This document shows, in pieces, positions 24,702-38,000 of a DNA stretch of 64,000 nt. The position numbers were made by a program, and so were the translations under genes. The first letter of the stretch is position 1; each line of letters begins with the position of its first letter. Origin of the DNA: Gekko japonicus (taxonomy: Eukaryota); the NCBI RefSeq assembly GCF_001447785.1, contig NW_015175360.1, forward strand, positions 528,933 to 592,932. The letters are read 5' to 3'. The notes under the pieces were generated by a model that did not search any database, was not told the DNA's origin, and was given only the letters and a program-made list of their open reading frames with translations.

Positions 24702-25125
24702 TTGAAGAGCAACTTCCCCTAGAAATCTTTCAGCAACTGTTTCATTTAGCACACTTTGCTCCCAAAGCCCATAGGCAAGCAAGGCAAACTAGTTTTGCAG
24801 CTTTCTTTGCCTTGCAGGTGTTTTCGTGCTGACCATCCAAATTACTGATGTGATCTGTTGCACTGACTGCTTATTGAATAGCACCCATTGTTAGTTACTA
24901 TGAGGTTGAAGAGCAACTTCCCCTAGAAATCTTTTAGCAACTGGGCCAGTCAGCAACTGTTTCATTTAGCACTCTTTGCTCCCAAAGCCCATAGGCAAGC
25001 AGGGCAAGCTAGTTCTGCAGCTTTCTTTGCCTTGCAGGTGTTTTCGTGCTGACCATCCAAATTACTGATGTGATCTGTTGCACTGACTGCTTATTGAATA
25101 GCACCCATTGTTAGTTACTATGAGG
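24702..25125. repeat. Near-identical tandem duplication of about 205 bp
   Basis: 24702-24905 and 24906-25125 differ by a few substitutions and a 14-bp indel. Confidence 0.9.
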
Positions 25126-25980
25126 GAATCTGCAGAATTACAGAAATACGATTTCCAGGTATGCTACACCATAGCCAGGGTGTGACTTACCCTGTTCAGA
25201 CAAGATGACAGGAAACACCAGTTTATTTTAGGGAGAATATACGTTTAAAATCTAATTAACATCCCTTGATAGTCTTTAGCAAATGTAAATGGTTTTTCTT
25301 CAGTAGAACAGTAACTCCTCTTCCAACATCCATGGCTCGTAAAGTTAAGAGCTTTTTTTTAAAGGCTGTTAGGCAAACCTCTTACCATAAGAGATGTGCA
25401 ATATAAATTTTCCTTCCTATACTTTGTCAAATCCTGAGTAAGTTTCCACAGAAAATTAATTTAGACCTTTAGAAATTTAAATGGCTTACAGTGATCACCC
25501 TGAGGGGAAAAAAGTCTAGAATTGGTTGGAAAATATATCACCCCTCATTTACCCTAGGTTCATATCTTTCCTGTTTTCCCTCTGGGTTTTTTCTTTTCTT
25601 TTCTTTTCTGAAAAGGCTGGTTTGGTTACTGCTCAAGGTGCTTTCATGTTACCTTTTTAAAAATTTAGGCAGACTTACCTGTGCTGGGATATGATGAAAC
25701 ACATTTAACATGATGGCGGCCACACTCAAATGTCATGACAAACCTGTTAGTTTGTGACAGGTATGAATGTAGCTTGTGGTTGGTTTCAGGGATGGAGATT
25801 TGGCCTGAACCATGGTTTGACCACTATCTACTCAAGGCAAGGGTGAATGTAGCCCTGGCATCTTGCTGGAAAGGGGATCCAATTAAAATGGTCTCTCCAT
25901 GGAGACTCATGGATTGTACTGCATTCTAGAATGCTTTGGAGGTATTTTAGAATTCCAAGCTTGGCATGTGAAGCTCCTTA

Positions 25981-26452
25981 TAAGAACATAAGAGAAGCCA
26001 ATGTTGGATCAGGCCAATGGCCCATCTAGTCCAACACTTTGTCTCACAGTGGCCAAAAATACCTGGTGTCATCAGGAGGACCTGGGGCCAGGACACTAGA
26101 AGCCCTCCCACTGTACTGTTGCCCCCCCCCCCCAGGCACCAAGAATACAGAGCATTACCTGCCTCAGACTGAGAGTTCCTAACTATACCTTGTGGCTAAT
26201 AGCCACTGATGGACCTCTGCTCCATATGTTTATCCAGTTCCCTGTTGAAGCTGTCCATGCTTGTAGCCACCACCACCTCCTGTGGCAGTGAATTCCATGT
26301 GTTAATCACTCTTTGGGTGAAGAAGTACTTCCTTTTATCTGTTCTAACCCGACCACTCAGCAATTTCATGGAGTGCCCACGAGTTCTTGTATTGTGAGAA
26401 AGGGAGAAAAGTACTTCTTTCTTGACCTGCTCTATCCTATGCATAATCTTGA
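25981..26452 (-). mobile_element. CR1 LINE 3' fragment, inserted among older L2 remnants (25730-25940, 26540-26960)
   Basis: RTRGHSMKL...RKYFFTQRVINTWNSLP peptide; taagaaca tail. Confidence 0.88.
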
Positions 26453-29400
26453 AGTTACCAACAAAGTTGCCCCTCATTGACCCTTGGGGTATAACCAGGC
26501 CTCCTAGTTTACCATGGAGCTGTGTGACCTGAAGAGAGCTGGGAGACAGATTTGGGTTATATTGGATCCAACATTACTGCTGGAGAAACAAGTCAATGCA
26601 GCTACCAAAAAAACCAAACAAACCACTTTCCTTAAACTCAGTCAAGCACAGAAGATGGCCCCCTGCCTTAACTTGGCCAATGTGGTGGCTGCCTGGATCC
26701 ACACGATGGTTAACATTGAGACTAGACTATTGTAAAGCACTCTATATAGGTTTCCTGTCAAAATCAAACTTGGAGACTCCAGTTGCTGCAGGAGGAGGGG
26801 GAGGAGGGGGGAGGAGGAGCTTGCACAGTTGTCCCATTCTGCATCCACTCCATTGGAAGCCCATCAGTTTTGGAGTTTGGTTCAAGGCACTGGCTGTCAC
26901 ATACGAAATCCCTCATGGCCTTGGTCCCTCCTATCTACAGTACCTCCTTTCCTCTTCACTAATCTGAGTAAAGCCTTCTGCAGTTTGACTGAAGGCTTCC
27001 CAGACAGAACCTTTCAATCACAGTCCTCCTCACAATGAGGGAGAAAGACGGGGAGCATACAGACATGAGAACAAACTGCCTTTATATTCATCACAAACAA
27101 GCAGATTTGTTATGATGTTTGCATGTGATCTTTCTGGTGACTTGGTGTTACAAGATACCAAAGATTAATTTAATTCATTTGAATTTGCCTCCCCCCTTAC
27201 TTAATGGGACCGTTTGTGGGAGGGGGTTAAATATTTCTGGTTTTTAAAAATAATGTTAATTTTTTTTAAAAAGTATCCCTTATGTTTTCTATAGAAATCT
27301 TAAATATTCACAACACTCTTTTAGCCTTAAAGTACTGCTGTCTTTACACTACTAAACAGATTTAAAGCACGTAAGGTGTGATCTGGAGCAAGTCTCTTTC
27401 TAGGAGGAAAGGGGAAAATGGACTGCCGCAAGCACCTTCTTACTTGGCTTTAAAGCAATGACAGGGAAATCCACAGAATTTGGCCTTGAGTTTATCTTGA
27501 GTTACTTATCCCTGTTTTTGAAGAAACCCGGAGTCCCAGGTTTTGATTCTGTAGTCTTATCACAGCAACAGGTCCCATGCCAAACTTAGAGCAAAGGTGT
27601 GAGCTGTAAGACACCATGGCTCTTAATATATTACTGTTTCCTACACAAGAAAATGGTTGTGTTTTAATGCATAAAATTTAACAGGGCAATATTTGCCATT
27701 GATAAAACTTTCAACTTGCCACTGTGTTCCTGTGCTAGAAAGTACACAACACTACCTCCACACATGACAAAATACACCATACAACCTGCACTGACTAAAA
27801 AGTTAACCCACAAAGAGGCTCTGGTTCCTACATGTTCTGAGCAGATGTGCATTTGCATGTGACTCAAATTGAATCTGATCAATGGTACAGAAGTAGTAAA
27901 GCTTTTGGAGCAATTTCTCCTTTTCACGTGTATTCTAGCCCAATGCTTGTGAACACAAACCCCTCTAAACAATGGTACACTCAAGCCACACATTGTATTC
28001 CTTTTAGCTAACTGAATAGATTATCTGCCAATGTCCATCTTGTTTGCAATTGGTTAGTGTTGGAGTTTCAAGTTGCTTACACTTCAGTCATTACAGAGTT
28101 AAGTGTTGTTTGTTAGGAAACAGGATGTTACGTTACATAATGTATTCTACGGCGGGAAAGTTTGTGGGAGTTGTTTAGCCTAATGAAGTGACCTGTAACC
28201 TTTGTATTGGTCAACTAACAACTTGCTTGTGGAAATGCTTTGATCTAGCATTCATGTATTCACAAAGTTTATGGCTTTTTGTGTGAAGCAGACAGGAAGC
28301 TCCCTCTTAGAAGCCCAAAAAAAGATAGATGTAGCCGTTAGCATAGTAGTACTGAAAGTAACTGCAAGTATGTAACCTTTTCATTTTATTTCTTTTATCC
28401 AAAGTACCTTACCCATGCTTTATTTTGTTTTGTAGTAAAGATATTTTTCTTTTACTAATGTGACTCTTGTGTTTGCAAAACAATCATCGATCTTGAATCT
28501 CAGAATCCCAACAGTTAGCAATTGAACGGATGAATAACAAGGTTTGTAAAGGAGGACACTAAATTTAGAAAAGCTAGAACAGGAGGGGCGAGCCACGATC
28601 AGTTCACATACTTTAAGAGCTCCAGTATACGAAGTCAGCATTCCTCTAGATTCTGCAAAAAGCCAATGTGCTTGCTTCTACGCACTCTTTCAAAAGCAAG
28701 TTTTACTCATTCTCAAGGGAATTTGAATTTTTCACAATAGAGGGCACCCGAGAACAATAATGTTTAATAAAGCAACTATTTAAGCTTCCACGTTCCAGCT
28801 GGTTCGTCTGTTTGCAGCAAAACCAGAAGATTCGCATGGCTCCCTAAAGAATAACCAGTTTATCACAGCAAGCATAACACTTTTGTAGATTTGTTAGCCT
28901 AACAACTAATTCATTAGTCTGAAAGGTGCCACAAGCCTCACCAAAATTGGTTATGAGAGTAAAATATGTTTCAGTCAGATAAAGCCAGAGGCGGTTTGTG
29001 TATTCCCATTTTTAAATGTGCATTTTACATCCTTCTCATATGTAGACTTGCCTGCTTGGCTGACAATTATCAGGACATGGAGGTGAATGAGAGAAATATA
29101 AAGCACTTTAAACCTGCTTCTGCTTTGCAAAAAATCAATATAGAAGATAATCAACTCGGCATATAAGTGAATAAGAAGCAACAGTAATATTAGGGCTCTT
29201 TCATCTTTGGCGCAATGTCAGAGTTAAAAGGTCTTGGCTGCTGCTACCAGATGATTTCAGAGGCGTCAAAGTGAATGTGGACTCGCAGAAGCCTTTACTT
29301 CACTAGGATGACTACCCACTCCACTACGTTAAGGCCTCCCTACTGTTTCACTGCAAAGCAAATAGATCAGTGAAGCTATTGGCTGCAGACACATGTTTTT

Positions 29401-29639
29401 CAGGGAATAATTTAAGAACAAGACAGAATAGCAGTGGATTGGATGCCATTTAGTGGTGAGTTCCTCTGCCCAGTTATTTTCTTCAAGCAGCAGAATATCC
29501 CTCAAAATGTCACCAATGAAAATAGGGAAACCTATGATGACATTCCAAATCTCATAGCAAGGATCACCCTCTGAACCCCGCTCTGCCCCAATTACATGTG
29601 GCTGAAAGTTTTACTCCACCTTCTCTATGCTGTATTCAA

Positions 29640-29860
29640 GTTCTCTCCAGTTGCCTTCTTGCACTGAGTTGCACATAAAGTATAGGAGCATTTTATTTTT
29701 TGGGTGAAAAATATAATAAAACACATATAATTGTCCTACAACATGATGCAGTTCTCTGCAGTTGCCTTCTTCCATTGAATTGCACTTAAAGTATATGAGC
29801 ATTTTGTTCTTTGGGTGAAAAATGTAAGAAAAGATATATAATTGTCCTACAATCTGATGC
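29640..29860. repeat. Diverged tandem duplication, 111-bp period
   Basis: gttctct(c/g)cagttgccttct...attgtcctacaa units start at 29640 and 29751. Confidence 0.88.
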
Positions 29861-31504
29861 CAACAGTTCAACATATGTAGCAGTCATGTGAACTGGCAGG
29901 CTGTCCACTGTATGACGCCTTAAGGTTCACGCACATGCATTGACACTAGAGATGACGCATGGGCTCCCGTCTTGGAGATTTAACATCTGCAGATTCTAGT
30001 TGAACAAGCTGAATCCTGAAGAATGACAAGTCTAGCAACCCACAGTAAAAATTTTAACAAGACATCCACCAAGGGAAAAATGGGAACGAAATAACTAACA
30101 GGAAAAAGAGATCAGTTGGAACCCATGGAGCAACCCAGAATGCTTACAGAAGACAATCCGCACATCAGATACCCATATGGCTTCATACAATCCCCAACAG
30201 CATTGCAAAGTGGACAAGGATGTATGTTCCCATCTGTCATGGGGAAGAATATGCATGTATATCCATTTACTCTCTAGAGTCAATGCATGGCTATTGGCCA
30301 CAGGTGTAGTTGTATGTAATACATGAGTATGTATGAGCCCATCTGCCCACTGAGATCTTCCCAGGGCATCTGTGTGTCATCTTCAAAGTTCACTAGATCT
30401 GCCATGCTCAGAAAAGCTTGCCCAGCTATGGCAGCAGCTGTTCTGGTCAAGAGGATACCCACTTCAGCACGTTTCCAAAAGTACTGCAAAACCTTCTTTT
30501 CCTAGGCGGCTTTGAAATTGAACTGACTTGAAATAAAGTGGTCTGGTTGAGAGGGCAGGCAAATGACGTGAGGTCAGGATTTTTCTTTATGGTCCTTCTG
30601 TGTTTATAATTTTAAAATGTGCTCATGCAGTGTGGCTTACACCTGCATTGGCAAGCCACCTTGAGAAATCATTTGATTGTAAGAAAGACAAGGTATAAAT
30701 ATTTCAGTAAAATAAAATAAAGACAGGTGTGACAGAAAGACTTGTGTGAGAAATCTTACATTGTTCAAGAAAGTTTACATTGTTCAGTCAAAGAAAACTC
30801 ATTAATGAAAACCAGTTTACACTCATATTGTTCTGTAGTTAAATCTACTTAACATTTAATTTTCCTTGGAACACAAGTCTTTCTTCTTAATACACAAATT
30901 TGTTAACAATAGGTCAAAACCCCAGCCCTATGGTATTTTGTTTCAAAATAAACATGTTCTCACATAAATACTTCAAGACTGAAAGTGTGAGTATCAAAAA
31001 GTACTTATCAGCTATGATTTGGGAATGCAAAATTTTGGTTCATCTGCTGTCTACATCACACACAGTACCTCTCCTTTCAATCGCATCAAGACTGTTAGCC
31101 CCAGAAATCTAGCTTAGTGCTTAATATATTGCACAGTGAGATGTGCTTGTGATATCTTATTTTTGGTGTCTAAGCATTGGCATAGAGACCACCTTGATTA
31201 CATGCTGTGAGCAGATTTCCCAGTCCTACATATACAGACAACTCTTGAAATTACTATACTGCTACTCAGTATCCCATACCCACAGCAGTTTCCTTAGTGA
31301 ACATAAACATGGTGTGTGTCTTGTTTTTTACAGGTTCATATAGCTTGATTTGCTGAAGCATCTAAACATATGGTTCACGTGGCTTGAAACATCTTAACGT
31401 ATTTGCTCTACAGGCTCTTTCTACCTTGCCCCCCTTGGTCTCTGCTTGTGATAATGTTCCTGAGCACATGGAGAGAGCTCCACATGCACAGACTCCATGG
31501 CAAC

Positions 31505-31590
31505 TAGATTCAAGTCCAGTAGCACCTTATAGACCAACAAGGTTTGTGGGGTATGAGCTTTCAAGAGTCAAAACTCCCTTTGTCAGACTC
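31505..31590 (-). repeat. Penelope-type repeat with decayed minimal hammerhead core
   Basis: Minus strand reads CTGACAA-AGGGAG-TTTTGA-CTCTT-GAAA-GCTCA. Confidence 0.65.
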
Positions 31591-32970
31591 TACACTATGC
31601 AAATGTACATACCCTATGAACAATTCCGATGAATGTTGGTAGCCAACTTGCAGGAATGGCTTGGTAGCCAAACTTGCTGCTACAATCCCACTCCTTGTCC
31701 ATTCTGAAAGGAATACCATGGTTATGGAAAGGGCTGGACTATACTAGATACCATTTTATTATTTCATCCATATCTTGCCCTTTGTCAATAAGCTTGAAAC
31801 AGAATCCAACCCAATCTACTAATATAAGATGTAGGACACCTTGCTTCTTACACAGTACTGGTTTACAGTGAAGGCGCTTGGACTACCAGTCTGGTCAAGG
31901 CATACTGGAAGGGGTCAAAGAAAGGGGCCATGGCTCGGCTGTGGCGCATCTGCTTTGCAGGTTCAATCCCTGGCATCTCCAGTTACAAGTATCAAGCAGT
32001 AGGTGATGTGAAAGACCCCTTCTGAGACCCTGAAGAGCCACTGTTTGTCAGAGTAGAGAATACTGACCTTGATAGACCAATCGTAGGATTCGCTATGAGG
32101 CAGTTTCATGTGTTCGGATATTTAGCTTCCTCAGTAACTGCCCCTTTGCCTCGCTAAGAGATTTTCCAAGCCCATGTTCTGAGAGCTTGTCTTCAAAGGA
32201 TTATTATTTTATTATTTGGGAATAATAGAGAATTTCACCAGTGTGGCTTTTACCATAATATCTGAAGAGAAGGCGCACCTGAGGAAGTTTCCTTTCTGTG
32301 AACTCCCTAAAGATCTAGGTCTCGCCAAGTGTCAGCCCGGCAATCCTACTATGGAGGCCTACCTCCTAATGAGAACCAGGCTGCAAGGTAACTGGACTCA
32401 GAGTCTGAAACACAGTAGATGTTCCTAAGCTTTTGCCTTGCCTTTCCCCCCTTTCTGATAAAGCAGTCTCACTTCTCCAATCTCTCCTGAGGCTGGCCCA
32501 ATTCTGGCAGTGTTCCCTCTATACCAATAGTACACAGAGACACCACAGGTGCAGCTTTCCCTGACATGGAAAAACAGTGATAAGGAAGACTCCCCCTGTG
32601 GAATACCAGATCTTTCTTTCCCTCTATTTTCTTCTTTATTTTAACCATTCTCTCTCTCTCTCTTTCCCCCTCTTCCTCTGTAATCCAAGACTTTGACAAA
32701 AGGGCACTCTGACTCTCTTTTTAAAGGACAAGATCTGACTCAGGCTAATGAAAATGTTGTTCCTTTGGTCTGACTCATTTCTTTGATCTAATATTAACTA
32801 AACGATTTCTGACAAATGACAAATGTAAGGAACTGGTTCAAGTCAAGCCCTCCAAACGTCCTGGTTTGATCCATTTCTTATTGCTGAAATGCCGTCATTT
32901 CCAAAGGTGGCATATGCACCTCCGCGATGGCTTCTTTCTTCTTCCATCTTGAAAGGAGTAGACCGTCAGT

Positions 32971-33090
32971 CTACCGAAACAGCGTTGCTACCGAAACAGC
33001 CACACCAAAGGGCGATGAGTAGGCATTGGCTAGGCCTTGCAGGCCGAGCACCACATAACGACATCCTTTTTGCAGCACTTTGCCCACATT
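32971..33090 (-). CDS. C1orf115: C1orf115 orthologue, exon 2
   Basis: tatccag acceptor; [39 protein letters not shown] then TAG. Confidence 0.93.
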   Translation of the reverse strand, partial: NVGKVLQKGCRYVVLGLQGLANAYSSPFGVAVSVATLFR

Positions 33091-34511
33091 CTGGATAAGC
33101 AGAAAGACAAATAAGAGCCATTAAGGAACAGGAAAGCACTTCTATTTAACAAGGGTTTCCACAGCAGTAAGAAAAAGGGGTTGGCTGAGGCTGAATTCTC
33201 ACAGTACCTTTTGATCATGCAGGACAGAAAGGCCTCTGTGTAGTGCCACAGAGTACTGCATGAAGCTGACTGGATGATTAATTCTTGCACTGTAACATTA
33301 TTATACTTGGGTTAGACACAGGCTAGCCTACCTCAGAGGGTTATTCTGACAATGAAATTGCAGTGAGGGACCATAATAGCAGGATAAAAATACAATATAG
33401 TTACTACATGTCAGATCCATACCATGTGAATATAATTTTCTGATATCAGAATTGTTTTACATCTTTGTTTTCCATGCAATTCCCTTACAGGAGACACTTT
33501 CCATTTTACTTTATTTTTAGCTCTTTTACCCGGTTCTGTATCTCAAAGGACCCTCATAGGGGCTTACAAATTCAAACAGATTACAATAAATACAGTAAAA
33601 GCAATTATCAAAGCCAGCTCAAAACATCGATTAACTGACCCATTCCCAGAAGTATCTTCAAGAAGCACATTTTTATGACTAATTTAATATTCACAACACG
33701 AAACAAAAAATTACTACAAGATGACATCCCATACCAAAATGTTACAATAGCTTTGTCCTCTTCCTAGGGGGAACACTTGGATATTCGCTCATGAAATAAC
33801 TACCAGTTAAAAAAAACAAATTAAAAGTGAGAGTGTTGGAATGATACTGAAATTGACTGCTAAAAACTGCAAACGTCACTCATGGTGGTTGTTTGGCACC
33901 TCACTCTTTGCTTATCACAGCCACTTTTTGCTTTTCACAGTAAAGAGAAGCAGGAGGGACAATGAGGGGGAGAGAGAGATACTCAACAGATAAACTGATG
34001 GTGGCTTCTTCCAACCAGAGGAGATAATATATATATTGCAGATGAACTCAAGCTAATCAGAATGTTGTTCCTTTGGTCTGACTCATTCTTTGATCTAATA
34101 TTAACTAAACGATTTCTGACAAATGTAAGTCAAGTCAAGCTGGTTCAAGCTGATGGTGGCTTCTTCCAACCAGAGGAGATAATATATATTGCAGCTGAAC
34201 AGCACCATCAGCGTTTTTATACACAGTGCTTACAATATACATCAATCATTATGGTATTGTCTTTGGCTCAGGGAGGGTTTCCTTGATTCTGTACAGGCAG
34301 AAGTGGGTCCTCTTTGCTTGCCATTTTGTTCTCTGACACCTTCAGACTGGGGGGTGGTTACCTTGCTCACCTTCTCTTAGCAACAAGCAGTGCACCTGAA
34401 GGAAGCAGGGGAAATACTTTGCTTCTTTGCTGCTGTGGGGGTGAGAGGGAATAGAGGGAGACACTTTCCTCTCCAGTGAAAGGCAGGGCCAAATCAGATG
34501 AGATGTGACAG

Positions 34512-35017
34512 ATAAGAAGAGCCCTGCTGGATCAGACCAATAGTCCATCTAGTCCAGCATTTTGTCTCACACAGTGGCCAAACAGTTCCTCTGAAGGGCC
34601 AACAACATGATGTTGCTTCCTAGCTCTGGGATTCAGGGGATTACTGCCTGAATATGGAGGTTCCCCTTAGTCACCATGGCTAGAAGCCATTGGCAGACAT
34701 CCTCCATGAATCTATCTAATCCCCTTTTAAAGCTGTTCATTCCTGTGGCCATCACTACATCCTCTGGCAGGAAATTCCACAGTTTAATCACTCGCTATAT
34801 AAAGCAGTATTTCCTTTTGGTTGTCCTGAACCTACTGCACACCAGCTTAATTGGAACTCGAGTTCCAGTATTTTGGGGAAATGAGAATTTCTTTGTCAAT
34901 TCTCTCCACCCCATGCATAATTTTATAAACCTCTATCATGTTCCCCTCCCTCTTAGTCATCTCTTTTCTAAACTGAAAAGTCCCAGACTCTTCCACTTTT
35001 CCTCATAAAGAAGGTGC
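34512..35017 (-). mobile_element. CR1 LINE 3' fragment (older)
   Basis: ggatcagacc...ccatctagtccagcat 3' UTR and degenerate ORF2 C-terminus. Confidence 0.78.
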
Positions 35018-38000
35018 AGGTGTGTGTGGGGGGGTGTCTCCTGGTTTTGGGTGCTCCTCTCCACCACCACCCAATTACCCTCCCAAACAGGCAAGAAGCT
35101 GGAAATAAACGTGACATGCCTATGTGACCCAGAAGTTACATAGGCATGTCAGGGATCTTGGGGTGGGGCAAAACTATATGGTAGAAGTTTACCCCAAAAC
35201 CAGAGCATCGCCCCCCAATGTCCCTGCTTCATTTCCAGGTTGTGTAGGCACATTGTGTTTATTTTCAGCATTCCTCCCCACTCCCGATAAGTTCATACAC
35301 CCCATTCCCTGCTGGCAGGTCCAAGGGACCTGGGGACCCTAGAAGGTCCTCCAACCCCCTAATCACATTGGTTGCCCTCCTCTGTACTCTATGTTGAGGA
35401 AAGATCCGAGATCTCTATATAAGATACCAGTGACAAAGCTCCACGTTTTCTCAAAAGCTTTAATTTTATTTAAAAAGAGCTACAGAGCGTTGGATCATGG
35501 CTGCAGTGAGAAGATAGGTATACTTTTGAATCCCAGGCCTAAAGGGCAGTCCGCATATTTTTATCTCAGTATCCTTCCATTCCCATGTAAAGAAGGGGCA
35601 GGCTGGCGATCTGTTTCTAAAGCGAAATGGAGAATGTTTGTAGGCAAGGGGAGCCAAGCCCTCCCTGGCACCCCTTCCCTGTGACCTTGCTGTATTTGAT
35701 TGGTTGGTTGCAGTATTTTGCTTCTAGCTCAAGTCCAAAACTGGAAGTCAGCTGACCACAGCCTGGTATGGCGAAGCCAGAGGTCAGCTCTCCTTACCTG
35801 CGAGCTCCAGGCCCCCCCTGCACACATTTCACTTGAGAAGTCTAGCAAAGAAAGACAAAAGCCCTCCTGTCTCTACTCTGCCAGTGGGATTTTCACAACC
35901 TCCAAAATAGTGACACTTTTAACTACTGGCCTGAAATTTGGCCAAGACAGGAAAGAAAAGGTTTCCCAGTCGGGAATGTGCTTCTCACTGAAACCAATGG
36001 AAATAAAAAGAAAGATAAATGCTGGTAAAGAATGGAAACGAATGAAGGCGATAAGGAACACATGAACATGAAAACTAGAGAGTTGGTGAACAAAGTCACA
36101 AATGCAATGTATGTGGATAGCACCACCTAAACAAATCCATAAAGAATGAAAAGCCCGTGACCTGGACCCGGTTTATTCATTCTCTGACATGGTTGTTGCA
36201 CTGGCGCTGCAAATACTTGGCACTGAAGGCACTTGGAATGAAACTCTCCTCAACCCTAGCCATTTCCTTTCCTCTAGGTTGCCTCAGGGCTGTATTATAC
36301 AACTTAACTGTCTGTTTCGATTGGCCATGGGCCAGATCATCACAGCAGATTTTGATTAGAGCTCCCTTGTTGATCTTTGCGTGAGTTAGAAAGATGAAGA
36401 AACAACACACTCCTGCAGAGAGAACTGATGGAGGGGGGAGTAATTCAAGGGAGGGATAGGCAAGTACATTTTTCAATATGGCCAGGCCATCTGTTGAACA
36501 AGAGACTGCATCACACCGACATGTTTGTTGTACGATAACTGCAGCTCTTATCTTATGATAAATATTCCCCCTTGACATCAGCTAACGGGGATGGAGGTTT
36601 CTGAGCATAAACATGCAGTGCCTGACTTCCGAGGCACGCTGATCATATGATCATCCCTTGGTAACAACTTCTGGAATGGGTTCGTAGGAATGGGTTCCAA
36701 TAATGCACAGCAAAGGTAAAAACCTATATCATAGCTCAGACTTCTTGGGCTATTGTCTTCATGTGTTAAAAAGACAGTGTTAAAAAGGAAGAGACAAGAT
36801 ATGAAGGAAGCTTCAGGCAATCATGTGATGCACAGATGACAGCTGGTGTGGTGTAATTGTGAAGGCTAGGATCTGGGAGACACAGGACTGAATCCCTACT
36901 TTGACATGAAAGCTTCTTGGGTGACCTGGGGCCAGTTTGTCTCAGTCTGACCTACCACACAGGATTGTCGTGAGTATAAAAGTGGAGGAAACAATGATGT
37001 ACACCACCCTGAGTTCTCTGAAGGAAAGATGGGATGAAATTGTCATGCTGATAAAATGGGTGGTTGGATGATTCCCAGTCCTTATTCTAAAAGGGATATT
37101 ACCAAATATTTTCAAAAGAATTTGCCTAGGAATGAAGAGTCACATCCTGGATTTCCTACAGCCATCTTGCATTCAGCCAAACGGACTGGATAGAAGTGTT
37201 GGCTTCTTAGGGCACTGTCAATCAATGTCTTCAAGGTCCCTTTCCTTTCCCATTAACCTTCCAATTGACTGAAGGGCTTACTTACAGCCTGATCCCAGGA
37301 CCTGCTGTGCTGTGCAAATGAGCAATTCAAATGGGATACACCAATGATTGCACCCAGCACACCTCCGTAACCAGGGTATTATGCCAAATATCAAGGGATG
37401 TTCAGTTATTCTTGCAGACTAAACACACCTATACATAGAATCATGAGGTCACATGCACAAGATGCAGATCTCCTGTTCAGTGCTTCCCCTTTGGCATGGA
37501 AGAGAAAGGTATAAAACCTGCAGGCTGGCACTCTCTTATCCACAGCCATTGGTCATGGAAATGGCACTTATCACCAGATCTCCTCCCTGACCTTGGGAAC
37601 ATTACATCACATCATTTGACTTGGCAGAGATGGTACAATAAAACGTTTGTACCTTGGCCAGAACAATGGAACCCTCATCTCAGCAAGGACCAAAGCCCTT
37701 CCCAAAACAGATACACAACACTCCCAGCCCCCCACTTGAGCTTAAACCCTCTATACAATGCAGCAGTATTTGTAAGGCAGGATGTGACTCTCTCACCAAG
37801 AGTTGTAGCAAAAGGCTGCAGATTGAGATCAAACACAAAACTCGCTTTTGTTGGCTGTGCCTGCTGAAATCAGATGGAGTTGGTCAACAGCCCTACAGCT
37901 AATTCATATAAGATACAAGACTTCACACACATCTAGATATTTATTACACAGTGGCTTGAATCACAACTTCCTTTCCTGCCTGTAGAATCCACTTCCACCC

